DNA from: Thermodesulfobacteriota bacterium
Lineage (GTDB): Bacteria; Desulfobacterota; WTBG01; CAIYCZ01; CAIRTM01
Length of the DNA stretch: 64,000 bases
Assembly: GCA_028282925.1 (NCBI GenBank)
Contig: JANQGV010000091.1
Span: 4,748 to 68,747 of the forward strand
Direction: 5' to 3'
Below the pieces are notes generated by a model, which saw nothing but the letters and a program-made list of their open reading frames with translations, was not told where the DNA came from and ran no database searches. Both the position numbers and the translations under genes were made by a program. This document shows positions 9,552-19,600 of the stretch, piece after piece. The first letter of the stretch is position 1. Each line of letters opens with the position of its first letter.

Positions 9552-10574
9552 ATGAAGAAACTGTCTTTTTTTTCTGTCTTTTGTTACTGTTGCCTGAACC
9601 TGCTTCCCCTGCCCGCCCGGGCCGCAAACGAAACACCGGCGGAGACCGGAGCTGAATATGCCGTTGTGCGCCCTGCCCTGCAGGAAACAATTCTCACCGG
9701 ATATACCCGCCCCCGGACCAGGATGGTTCTTTCAAGCGAAGAAAACGGCCGCTGCATTGAGGTTTTTGCAGACATAGGGGAGCCGATCGGCGCAAACGGT
9801 ATTTTTGCCCGGCTAGACACCACCTTTATCTCTCTCGACATACAGAGAAACGAAGCCGACCGGAAGCGCGTACAGGCGGAGGTGGCCTTCTACAACAAAG
9901 AGGTGGAGCGCTATCGAAAACTGCTGCTGAATGAAACAGTTTCTCAAAGCGAATATGACCTGCTTGTACAAAAATACACCTCTGCGCAGCAGCAACTGAA
10001 CGCCCTCAATATCCAGGACCGCTCACTCAGAGAGCACCACAAACGCTACACCTTAAAGGGCCCGCCGGGATGGTTTGTTATTCAGCGCCATGCCGAACCT
10101 GGAGAATGGATCAGCAGCGGCCAAGCCGTTGCTGAGCTGGGCGATTTCAGAACCCTGCTTGTTCCCTTTGCCCTTTCCCCGTCCGAATACCAGTGGCTCA
10201 GCGCGCAGGAGAAAAATTCCCTGACCCTGACGGATTTGAACATAACGGTCCAGGCCCACATAGAGCGTTCCGATCCCGACTTTGACCCTGAAACCAGGAA
10301 GATTAATACCGACCTGGAAATCATCCCCGGTTCTCATCAACTGCGGGGCGGCCTGCGCGCGGAACTGAAACTGCAACGGCCGGACAAATCAGGAGTTCTC
10401 CTGATCCGGAAAAATGCGGTCGAAGAACGTTTTGACGAATTCTGGGTTACAAAATCCGACGGCACCCGCATACAGGTCGTCAATATCGGCAATGGCCCGG
10501 AGAATGCCATGAGAGTCATTTCACCAAAACTGCAGCCCGGTGACAAACTGATTATCCCGGCAAAAAAACAGTAA
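9552..10574 (+). CDS. RND efflux periplasmic adaptor subunit (membrane fusion protein, HlyD/AcrA family)
   Basis: 340-aa ORF with a signal peptide, coiled-coil-rich middle and a beta-barrel C-terminus. The permease gene follows after 8 nt. Confidence 0.8.
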   Translation: MKKLSFFSVFCYCCLNLLPLPARAANETPAETGAEYAVVRPALQETILTGYTRPRTRMVLSSEENGRCIEVFADIGEPIGANGIFARLDTTFISLDIQRNEADRKRVQAEVAFYNKEVERYRKLLLNETVSQSEYDLLVQKYTSAQQQLNALNIQDRSLREHHKRYTLKGPPGWFVIQRHAEPGEWISSGQAVAELGDFRTLLVPFALSPSEYQWLSAQEKNSLTLTDLNITVQAHIERSDPDFDPETRKINTDLEIIPGSHQLRGGLRAELKLQRPDKSGVLLIRKNAVEERFDEFWVTKSDGTRIQVVNIGNGPENAMRVISPKLQPGDKLIIPAKKQ

Positions 10575-10581
10575 TGCAACC

Positions 10582-13500
10582 ATGATACAGTCCCTGGTCC
10601 GTTTTGCACTCGGTCATAAAGTTTTCGTTAACCTCGCGTTTTTTCTCCTCATGTTCGCCGGCTTTTTCGCCCTGCTGAGCCTGCCGGTAGAACAGTTTCC
10701 CAACGTACAGATCGGCAAAATCTTCATCAGCACCTTCTACCCCGGAGCTTCTCCGGCCGACGTAGAGGCTCTTGTTACAAAAAAAATTGAAGATGCCCTC
10801 TCCGATGTCGAAAACATAGAATTCATCCAGGCAACCTCTTACCGCGAACGTTCAAGCATCATGGTCAAGTTCATCGACGATACCGATTATGAAACCGGCT
10901 ATGACCGTGTACGGTTCAAGGTTCTCAGCACCATGAACGAACTGCCGGAACTGGTTGATCCGCCCCTCTTTTTTGAAATAGACATGGCCAACTGGATACC
11001 TTCCATCGTGGTCAACCTGGTGGGCGACCGGTCCAACCGGGCCTTAAGCCTTATGGCCGACCAGTTGCGCATCCCCCTGCGCAGGATCGAGGGCGTCAAG
11101 GAAGTGGATGTCCAGGGAGAATATACCCGCGAGTTTCATATCTACATCAACCCGGAACAGCTTATCCGTTACGGCATCACCTTCGAAGAAGTTGTACGCG
11201 CCCTGCAGGAAGCAAACATTGCCATTCCCGCAGGTGATTACAGCAACCGGGACGGCGACTTTATTGTGCAGGTAGATGAAAAATTCCGCAGCCGCGAGCA
11301 GGTCGCCGCAACAATCATCCGCCGTGACGCCGACGGCTCATTCGTCACCCTCGCCGATGTCATGTCGGAAGCGGTTCTTTCCCACCGCGACCCTTTTGTC
11401 ATCACCTCGGTCAACGGCCGGAACTGCGTCAGCCTCAGAATTATCAAAACCAGCCGGGGAAATACCATATCAATCGTCAGAGAGACCCAGAAGATTCTGG
11501 ATGAGTTCCGGCCGACCCTTGCCCGGGAGGGGGTCGATATCGTGCTGACCCAGGATCAGCGCATCAGGTTGTTCGACTCCCTGAACACGCTGCTCATCAA
11601 CCTCGTTGTCGGTATGGTTCTTGTTTTCGGTATCATCTGGCTGTTCCTCGGCAAACGGAATGCGCTGCTCACCACCGTGGGCATTCCTTTTTCTTTTTTG
11701 GTGACCCTGATTTTCACCTTTATTTCCGGCAATTCACTCAACGAGATAACCCTGTTTGCCTTTGTGCTGGTTGGCGGAATCATCGTTGATGATGCCATCG
11801 TTGTTGTGGAAAACATACACAGGCACTACAACAACGGCTCCTCACTGACAGCGGCCGTAGCAAACGGAACCGCCGAAGTCGCCTGGCCGGTTATTGCGGC
11901 AACCTCCACCACGGTGGCGACCTTTCTGCCGATGCTGATCATGACCGGCTCTACCGGTGAGTTCTTCGCACTTATCCCCAAAGGCGTCAGCGCTGCCATT
12001 GCCGCATCGCTCATTGAGTGCCTCCTGATCCTTCCGGTGCACTTTGCCGACTGGCCCGGCCTGAAGGCCTCCCGGAAAAGCCCCGCAAGTGATAAAAAAC
12101 CGGGCGATCGCATTATTGGACTACTGCTCCCTCGGGTGACGGCGCTTGTGAAGCGCTGCCTGGATTACCGCGCCGCCAGCCTTTCCACGGTTTTCGGTGC
12201 ATTCGTTACCGCGCTCCTTATTTTCGGCATTTCGGTTTCAGGAGTTGTCCCCCTGATAAAAATTAAATTTTATCCTGAGCAGTATGACATTTATTTTATC
12301 GATGTATTTGCTCCTGTCTCCACCCCCATTGAAAACGTCTCCAACCGCCTGAACAGCATCTCAAAATTTATTATGGACATGGGGCCCGGCATGGCAAAAG
12401 CAGCCACGGCCAATGCAGGATCGTACTTTTCCGATGATTATGAATACATATACGAACGCAACGTGGGACATGTTATTGTTGAGCTTCCGGTGTCGCACAA
12501 TCGTGAGTTCGCAGACTATCCGGAAAACGATCCCCAGGCACATCTGGAGCATATTCGCGATCAGCTTGCCCGTTTCAACACAGACGGTTTCAAAATACAG
12601 GTGCGGGCACAAATGAACGGCCCACCTGCAGGCAAGGATATAAATATCAGAATAGTCGGTTCCAATCCCGACATGGTACAGGGTCTGGCATCCGCCATAG
12701 AAGCTTACACGAAAGCAGACAAGGCAATTGCTCCGTATCTGGTCGATTTTTCCGACGATCAGGGCCGCCCCTCCCGGGTATTCCGTTTTAAAGCGTTACA
12801 GGAGAAGGCCGCCGAATTCGGTCTTACAAAAGGCCATGTTGCACGCCTGGCCGGCGCCATCCTGGACGGCAGGTACATCGGAAAGTTTCGCACAGCCGAC
12901 GAAGAGGTTGATCTCAAGGTGCGTATCACCCCGGACTATCTCGACAATCCCTCCAAAGCGCTCAGCCTGCCGCTGCTTGAGCATCCAAGCGGACCGGTTA
13001 CGCTGGGAGACCTGTGCAGGGTGGAGTCATTCACCGAACCCAGCCGGCTCGCCAGGTACGAAGGTGACCGCGCCATAACCTTCACCGCAAACATTGCGTC
13101 GGGAGCACCGGTATCACCGGCCTCGGTGGTGCATCGCGTTCAGAAGTATTACAAATCCATTCAGGACCGGTACCCGGGAGCAGCCCTGAGCTTTGCCGGC
13201 GCTTTCGAAAGCACCAAGAAATCCTATTCTTCATTGGCCTATGCTTTTATAATTGCACTCATAATCATTTATCTCATTCTTGCCACTGAGTTTAAATCGT
13301 ATCTTCAGCCCCTGATTATCCTTTCTTCAGTTGTTTTTTCGCTGATCGGGGTCATCTTCGGGGCTTTTATATCTCAAACCCTCTTCACGGTCGACAGCTT
13401 CATTGCAACTGTGGGGGTAACAGGGGTTGTGGTAAACGACTCCCTGGTGCTGGTGGACTTTATCAACCGATGCTATGCCTCCGGCATGTCCAGGCACGAT

Positions 13501-13767
13501 GCCATTATGGAAGGTGTGCGCGTACGCCTGCGGCCTATTCTGCTTACTACCCTGACAACAACACTGGCGCTTTTGCCCATGGCCCTGGGAATCCCAAAAT
13601 ACTCAATCGTATGGGGCTGCATGGCAAGCACCTTTGTAACCGGGTTATGCACAGCTACTTTTCTGACGCTGCTGATCATTCCTGTACTGTGGGACGTAGT
13701 GGTGGGCATCCAGGAGCGATTCGGCAAAAGGGAAGGCACATACCCGACAGAAACAACTTCTCTTTAA
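10582..13767 (+). CDS. RND efflux transporter permease (AcrB/AcrD/AcrF family)
   Basis: 1061-aa ORF with the 12-TM topology pattern and two large periplasmic loops. Conserved TM4 region (GGIIVDDAIVVVENIHRH). Confidence 0.9.
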   Translation: MIQSLVRFALGHKVFVNLAFFLLMFAGFFALLSLPVEQFPNVQIGKIFISTFYPGASPADVEALVTKKIEDALSDVENIEFIQATSYRERSSIMVKFIDDTDYETGYDRVRFKVLSTMNELPELVDPPLFFEIDMANWIPSIVVNLVGDRSNRALSLMADQLRIPLRRIEGVKEVDVQGEYTREFHIYINPEQLIRYGITFEEVVRALQEANIAIPAGDYSNRDGDFIVQVDEKFRSREQVAATIIRRDADGSFVTLADVMSEAVLSHRDPFVITSVNGRNCVSLRIIKTSRGNTISIVRETQKILDEFRPTLAREGVDIVLTQDQRIRLFDSLNTLLINLVVGMVLVFGIIWLFLGKRNALLTTVGIPFSFLVTLIFTFISGNSLNEITLFAFVLVGGIIVDDAIVVVENIHRHYNNGSSLTAAVANGTAEVAWPVIAATSTTVATFLPMLIMTGSTGEFFALIPKGVSAAIAASLIECLLILPVHFADWPGLKASRKSPASDKKPGDRIIGLLLPRVTALVKRCLDYRAASLSTVFGAFVTALLIFGISVSGVVPLIKIKFYPEQYDIYFIDVFAPVSTPIENVSNRLNSISKFIMDMGPGMAKAATANAGSYFSDDYEYIYERNVGHVIVELPVSHNREFADYPENDPQAHLEHIRDQLARFNTDGFKIQVRAQMNGPPAGKDINIRIVGSNPDMVQGLASAIEAYTKADKAIAPYLVDFSDDQGRPSRVFRFKALQEKAAEFGLTKGHVARLAGAILDGRYIGKFRTADEEVDLKVRITPDYLDNPSKALSLPLLEHPSGPVTLGDLCRVESFTEPSRLARYEGDRAITFTANIASGAPVSPASVVHRVQKYYKSIQDRYPGAALSFAGAFESTKKSYSSLAYAFIIALIIIYLILATEFKSYLQPLIILSSVVFSLIGVIFGAFISQTLFTVDSFIATVGVTGVVVNDSLVLVDFINRCYASGMSRHDAIMEGVRVRLRPILLTTLTTTLALLPMALGIPKYSIVWGCMASTFVTGLCTATFLTLLIIPVLWDVVVGIQERFGKREGTYPTETTSL

Positions 13768-13837
13768 ACCACCGCTCCTGCCCCCTGCAATTGAAACCAG
13801 TTCAAAATCAAGCGGGGATTCGTCGCCTGGTTTAGAA

Positions 13838-14068
13838 CTAGGTATCATTGCCGACCTTTACGTCTTCTGCCGGATCGGACGCATCACCCATGACGGTATG
13901 CGTGCTTTTATTGTCCGTATTAAACCAAAAGATATACTGATCGTTTTCTCTGGTAAAACAGTCCTCAAGTGATTCATGGGGACAGCAGGGGTAAATGCGG
14001 GTAAACTTTTTCCGCGCCTTATCGATCAGTCTTTTTTTTTCGCACTTTTTCATGATTGTGTCACTCAC
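13838..14068 (-). CDS. Hypothetical small Cys-rich protein (CCPHESLEDC motif)
   Basis: 76-aa ORF, or 71 aa from MKKCEKK. It sits in an intergenic region, with a weak ribosome-binding site and no family I recognise. Confidence 0.25.
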   Translation of the reverse strand: MSDTIMKKCEKKRLIDKARKKFTRIYPCCPHESLEDCFTRENDQYIFWFNTDNKSTHTVMGDASDPAEDVKVGNDT

Positions 14069-14482
14069 TCTCGATCCGAGCTATCAATATTTGGAAAATC
14101 CTCTGCACTACAACAACCGTGCCGATTGATTCTCACCAGAATATACGCTGCATACTAAAATTTCTTACAAATCATCAAAATGATTAATCCACTTCTTCCA
14201 TACGATGTAATATCCGTAATATTCACACCCCGTAATCATATAGGACAAAATACCTATATTTTTTAAGTATACAAAACCGCTCATAATATCGTAAAATAAT
14301 TCAAAGCATGTACAAATGATCCGGGTGCGTTCAAACAAAAGAGTTCAACAACGCACACAGGTGCCACTGGCTGTAAAACACCCATGCACCAGCCCGGTAG
14401 ATTCGTGCTGATTCAAAAACACTGCCGTTTCCGTCGGCACATGTCGACAGGCTTCATAAAACACTCTACGATTGTACCGTGT

Positions 14483-15079
14483 ATGGACAGCAACAGGGCC
14501 ACCGAAATAAAACTGCTTAAGGGATGCATTTCCGGCGACAAAGCGCAGTGGGATATCTTCGTTGAAAAATACAACCAGCTGATTTACCATGCTATTTTCA
14601 AAACACTGCGGCAATATACAGGGGGCGGCGATCACACCGAAGATGTCAACGACCTCTTTCAGGAAGTCTTTACCGCACTGTGCGCTGATACGTGCAAAAA
14701 GCTGCGGGCATTCGACCCGGACAAGGGCTGCAGCCTGCCCAGTTGGCTGCGAATGATAACCGTCCGCATTACCATCGATCACCTACGCAAAAGCCGGCCG
14801 GAAACATCGCTGGATGCCGTTACCACCTCTCCCTCTCAAGACGGCATAGAGGGTGAAATGATTGGTGAAGAATCGCGATCAACCCTGAAAAAACTGCTGG
14901 AGAATCTCCCCTCACAGGACAAGCTGTTGATGGAACTTTCCTGCATACAGGAACTCCCCTCGCAGGAAACGGCCAGAATATTAAATATTACAATCGAGAA
15001 TCTATATACACGAAAAAACAGAATCTTAGGAAAATTAAAAAAAATAGCGCTTCGGGAAGAGTCTTTATGTAATAAATAA
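14483..15079 (+). CDS. ECF-type RNA polymerase sigma-70 factor
   Basis: The ORF spans 14384-15079; I place the start at 14483 (MDSNRATEIKLLKGCISGD). Sigma-70 region 2 (YNQLIYHAIFKTL..DVNDLFQEVF) and region 4 helix-turn-helix (LPSQETARILNITIENLYTRKNRILGKLKK). Confidence 0.85.
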   Translation: MDSNRATEIKLLKGCISGDKAQWDIFVEKYNQLIYHAIFKTLRQYTGGGDHTEDVNDLFQEVFTALCADTCKKLRAFDPDKGCSLPSWLRMITVRITIDHLRKSRPETSLDAVTTSPSQDGIEGEMIGEESRSTLKKLLENLPSQDKLLMELSCIQELPSQETARILNITIENLYTRKNRILGKLKKIALREESLCNK

Positions 15080-15153
15080 CGACCTCCTGCGTATATTAAT
15101 ATGAACATACGCTATCGTAGCACCATGCTTTTGGGCTCAAAAAGAGGCACCCT

Positions 15154-16062
15154 ATGAATGATGAACTGTTAAAAAAAGCGTTCAAAGACATGAAGCAGGA
15201 AATGCCCGAGACCGGACAATGCCCGGACGAGATGGATCTTGTCCGCTTTGCAGAGGGAAATACGGACGGTGCTGAAAGGCAAGCCATTGAGGGCCATCTG
15301 GTTGTGTGTCCAAACTGCTGCGAGTATGTTGTATCCTACACAAAAGCCGTAACTATTGCGGAAGAAATGAAACTGCCCGACGTGCCGGAAGACCAGATTC
15401 AGAAAGCGCGCTCTTTGGTAACACAATCGGAACCGGCTGCATACCGTCCTGCCGACAGGGCTTCCTTTTTTGACACGTGCCTGCACTTTTTCAGGTCGCT
15501 GCACTTCCGGCCTATGGCTGCATCCGGGGCTCTGGCGGTTCTTGCCCTGCTCGTAGTCACGTCCGGGCTTTTCATCTCACGTCACAATGCAGACACGACG
15601 AACCAGGGGGTATACGCTCCGCCCGGTATACACCTGCAGGTTCTCGGTAAAACCGCCTTGACCTTACGTAGCGGAGAGCAGCAAAACCGGACAATTGAAA
15701 AAATCATCAATGAGGGCGACACCCTTCAATCCAACGACCACTGCCGCATACAGTTCAGCGTAGAGCACGATGCCTATGTCTATGTTGTCTATTTCGATTC
15801 ATCGGGAAAAACCCATCAATTATTCCCGAACCCGGCAACAACACATCCTCAGAAAATAACCGGCGGCAAAACATACAGCATCCCCCCCGAAAAAGACAGA
15901 TGGTTCAAGCTGGACACTATTCCGGGAACCGAAACCGTTTTTGTCATAGCCGCCCGCCGGCCCATCGACAACCTTGAAAAAACATTTCAGAGCATCAGGC
16001 AATCCGGCATGCCGGAAGAGCCGGTCATCGCGGTAAAAAAACTCAGCTTCACCCACAACTAA
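15154..16062 (+). CDS. Anti-sigma factor, zinc-finger type, with transmembrane segment and C-terminal DUF4384-like domain
   Basis: 302-aa ORF 75 nt downstream of the ECF sigma gene. N-terminal H..C..CC zinc-finger anti-sigma motif (CPDEMDLVRFAEGNTDG...HLVVCPNCCEY). One TM helix (ALAVLALLVVTSGLFI). C-terminal beta-rich domain resembling DUF4384. Confidence 0.7.
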   Translation: MNDELLKKAFKDMKQEMPETGQCPDEMDLVRFAEGNTDGAERQAIEGHLVVCPNCCEYVVSYTKAVTIAEEMKLPDVPEDQIQKARSLVTQSEPAAYRPADRASFFDTCLHFFRSLHFRPMAASGALAVLALLVVTSGLFISRHNADTTNQGVYAPPGIHLQVLGKTALTLRSGEQQNRTIEKIINEGDTLQSNDHCRIQFSVEHDAYVYVVYFDSSGKTHQLFPNPATTHPQKITGGKTYSIPPEKDRWFKLDTIPGTETVFVIAARRPIDNLEKTFQSIRQSGMPEEPVIAVKKLSFTHN

Positions 16063-16420
16063 AGCATCCGCAAGACGGCACCCCTGCAAAAAACAGACCG
16101 CGCGCTTTGCGCTTTCTGCCCATCGCCGAAGGCATCTATTTTCTTTGGAAGAAATACAGTAAAAAGCCGAGAATGGTTTTCCGGGGTTTTCCAGAACGGC
16201 TCGGAGAGGGCGGGACCAGATGGAAAATATCATCAGGAACATTAAAGACCGGGGCCAGCGTATCACACACTTTCAAAACGATTTTTTCAATCCAACGCAT
16301 GCTGCCTGCTCTCCCCTGCAATGTATTAATGCCCTCGAACAAACCCTTAGTCGTTTATATCATGCAGGGTACTGTTCTACCTCCCATTACCTACTACGAT
16401 AGGGATTTCAGGGCCTTTTT

Positions 16421-16443
16421 GCAATAAAAACGGCCGGGGCCGT
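16421..16443 (-). terminator. Putative intrinsic terminator downstream of giant paralog 1 (minus strand)
   Basis: The minus strand reads ACGGCCCCGGCCGT followed by TTTTTATT. A second perfect 9-bp inverted repeat (GAGCTGCAC-n11-GTGCAGCTC) lies at 16472-16500. Confidence 0.4.
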
Positions 16444-16699
16444 AAACATTTTAAAAACACATAGAGGCCAGGAGCTGCACTGATCAAAATCGTGCAGCTC
16501 GCCCCTCTGACACTCTATGTAGCAACAGTTTCTTCCGTAGAACCGTTTACAACATAACATACGCAGAGGGACGAATTTCCTTACATGTTTTTACATAGTT
16601 ATTTGTGCTATTGTTTAAGGAATACAGATGTGCCGTTATAAAGACCAACAACTCATATTCCGGTAGACAGGTCTTACGCTAAAATCCTCGGTGCAGGCA

Positions 16700-19600
16700 T
16701 CAACGCACCCTGTTTACCGTTTCTCTTTCCACACCTATCTCCTCCATAAAGCCACGGTCTTCAAGTCTGCGCAATACCAGGGCCAGGCCCTTTTTCAATC
16801 CCGGCGATGCTTTTGTCCGCAGTTTTTTCAGCACATGTACCATCCTTTTTTCCTGCATTTTGGTAATTTTTATCGTATCTCCGCATGTAAGGCCCGCCTT
16901 GAGTACTGCATACAATTCAAACATAAGGGTTCTCACCTCAGCCATAAGTTCCGGATGTGCTCCTAAAATGCCGGCGACTTCAGCGCTGTGTACGTAATAC
17001 AGATACACAAGCAGTCGGCCTGTTTCCGTTTTAATGAGCCGCTTGTCCCTGAAAGACCGTAAGGTATCAATTTTTTGTTTATTGGTTCCGGCCGCGCTTT
17101 GTAAAGGACAAACCGAACCCGGCTTCACCATAACCGCAAACTGTTGTCTGGCCTCTTGTCCGTTGCCATCCTGCACCGCAACTTCGATTTCGTGAGATCC
17201 CAGATCCTTGAGTTGCGGGGTCCAGGATATGTACCCCTTTAATACATCAATGGTCATAGTTTCGGGTTTTTGAGTCAACCGGTAAGAAAACATTCCCATT
17301 CCAGCGGTGTTTTTACCAGCCCCTGCTTCAGGCTCGGAATCGTTTGATTTGACTTCAACAGTATACACGTAATGCCTGCCGACAGTGGCCTGATTGTCCG
17401 GAACAGAAATAATAACCGGCGGATCAGAAAAGTTGATCGTTGTTGTAGAAGAGGAGTCCGATGTTGTGGTAGTCGTCTCTACATCAATGCTTGTTGTCGT
17501 TATTGTTGTTTCAATAATTACGGTCGTAGTAACCGTTGAAGTTGGGTCTATTGGTACAGACGTAGTAGATATGTTGCTCTTAGTTGTTGTGGTCGATGTT
17601 GTGGATTTCTTAATGCTTGTTGTCGTTGATGACGTGGTTTCTTTTACACTTGTTGTCGTGGTCGAAGACGACGTAGTCTCCTTAATACTTGTTGTCGTCG
17701 TCGATGACGTGGTTTTCTTAATGCTTGTTGTTGAAGTAGTAGACACCCAGTCCGGATACATACCGATATCGGCATTAAGTATCCTGGAGCGAGTGCCGAT
17801 GTTTAAACGATCATAATACAAATGGTATCCGGCAGCAGCGGCATATAAATTCCAGTCGCCCGGATAAAGATACAGGTCGTATCGACCCTGCATGGCAACT
17901 GCCGCACCACCGCCGTCAGTCATGATTACAGCCCCGTCAATAAGCTGGCTGGACATTTCATCACGCACCGTTCCGCTGACCAGCACAAGAAAATCCGGCC
18001 AATACGGATTATATACCCGTAAGGAGTACCTTGTTGTTGCGGCATCACCATCAAACAGCAGATCATTCCACAAACGAACATAATAGATACCATCCTCCGG
18101 ACACAGCCAGTCAAGATACACCATACCGTCTTCGTCGGGTATCTTTGACCTCCGCATATCAAGGTTTTCGTTGTAAAGCTCTATAACCGGTCGGCTGTTT
18201 TCTCCCAGATCATCTGCAGCTATGCTATAATACTCACCTTCCCGGCCGTAAAACATCACCCAGTCTTCATCCGTAGCAGTGCAGAAGGTATGCTTCTGGG
18301 CCTCCCGGGCATTAACAACAATTCCTCGTGCATCGTCTTTCGTGTTGTCGTCCTCAAATGCATCGGCTGTTGCGTCACTGCACCGCGCCTGGTATTCATG
18401 CAAATATACTTTTGTTTCCAGGGGCAGTGATGTATTATTGTCGTCGTCCCGGGCATACACCGTTATCTTGTAGTCCGTCACGTCATCCGGTTCAAACAAA
18501 CCAACAGCCAGTGCGGTTTCATTATCGTAGTCGAGATCAACTTCCACTAATTCATCATTCTCCCCGGGGAGATATTCGACCGGCGTAATAACCGCCCAGA
18601 CACGCTTAACAATACCGGTGCCGGTAACACTCGCCCATACGGATATCTCACCGGCCTCCGGCGACTCGGCAAAGAGTGCACTGATCATGGGGCTGTCGTC
18701 GGCAAAATTCAACCCGATACCGATCTTGTAGTTTGCCGCCAAAAAACCGTCGGCATATTCATTGGCGATACCGTTACCGTTATCGTCGAGTGACGGGGTC
18801 TGAGTTCGGTATCTCCTACTCAAGCAGCGTGCCGCTTTCCCGGAGTGCTTGTACGCATCATACACGTCTTCACCATTACGGACCTGACTCCAGAAAAAAG
18901 TGGAAGAAGATATAATTCCGCGCTGGCCGTAATAGGCGGTTTCATCGGCAGTGGTGCTGGTAAATACAATGCGCTTTTTGCCTTCCGGCGCCGCAAGGAG
19001 AGGGATGAAGCTTCCTGAGCGATCGGCATCATATATAACGGTGAGCATACCATCCATGTACGCCTGCAATTGGTCCAGCCAGCCGTCAAGCACAGCGGCG
19101 TGCAATATTTCATGATTGTTTATGCGGAATGTCCCGGCTCCGCCCGGCCCGATCATATACAGAACCAGATCATGGGTGGTGTTATGAGCAGCGTTTATGG
19201 TATTTTCAAGAGCGGCAAGGGTTGCCGCACCGTCTACACAATTGTGATTTCCGTAACAATGTATCCCCTCCGGACCGAGGAAAACGATATTCTCATCTGT
19301 ATAGCCCTGGGCCTTCAGGGCACCATAAGCTCGCTGTACGCCCTTTTTTGCATACACATCAGCGCGCCCTCCACCAACAACCACTATTGCCTTCTGAGCC
19401 AGAGGATTTTCAACAATAACCCGGGCCATACCGGCCGTAGAGGTATTGCCCTGCTCATCCATGGCGTAGACCGCTATATCATATGTTCCGGCCATGGTAA
19501 ACTGATCAAAGGTCCCTTCATAGCAAAGGGATTCTGTTACAGTTGACTCACCGGCAACCGAAGAAAGCTCAAAGGACGGCATTTCAACCATGGGGTTGTC

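Noticed and set aside
16107-16427. 106-aa ORF in the spacer between the anti-sigma gene and giant paralog 1
   Set aside because: No ribosome-binding site and a composition unlike the neighbours. The region more likely holds terminators for the convergent transcription units.
17394-17816. 140-aa Val-rich plus-strand ORF
   Set aside because: It is the reverse complement of the Thr-rich (ACN codon) linker repeats of giant paralog 1.
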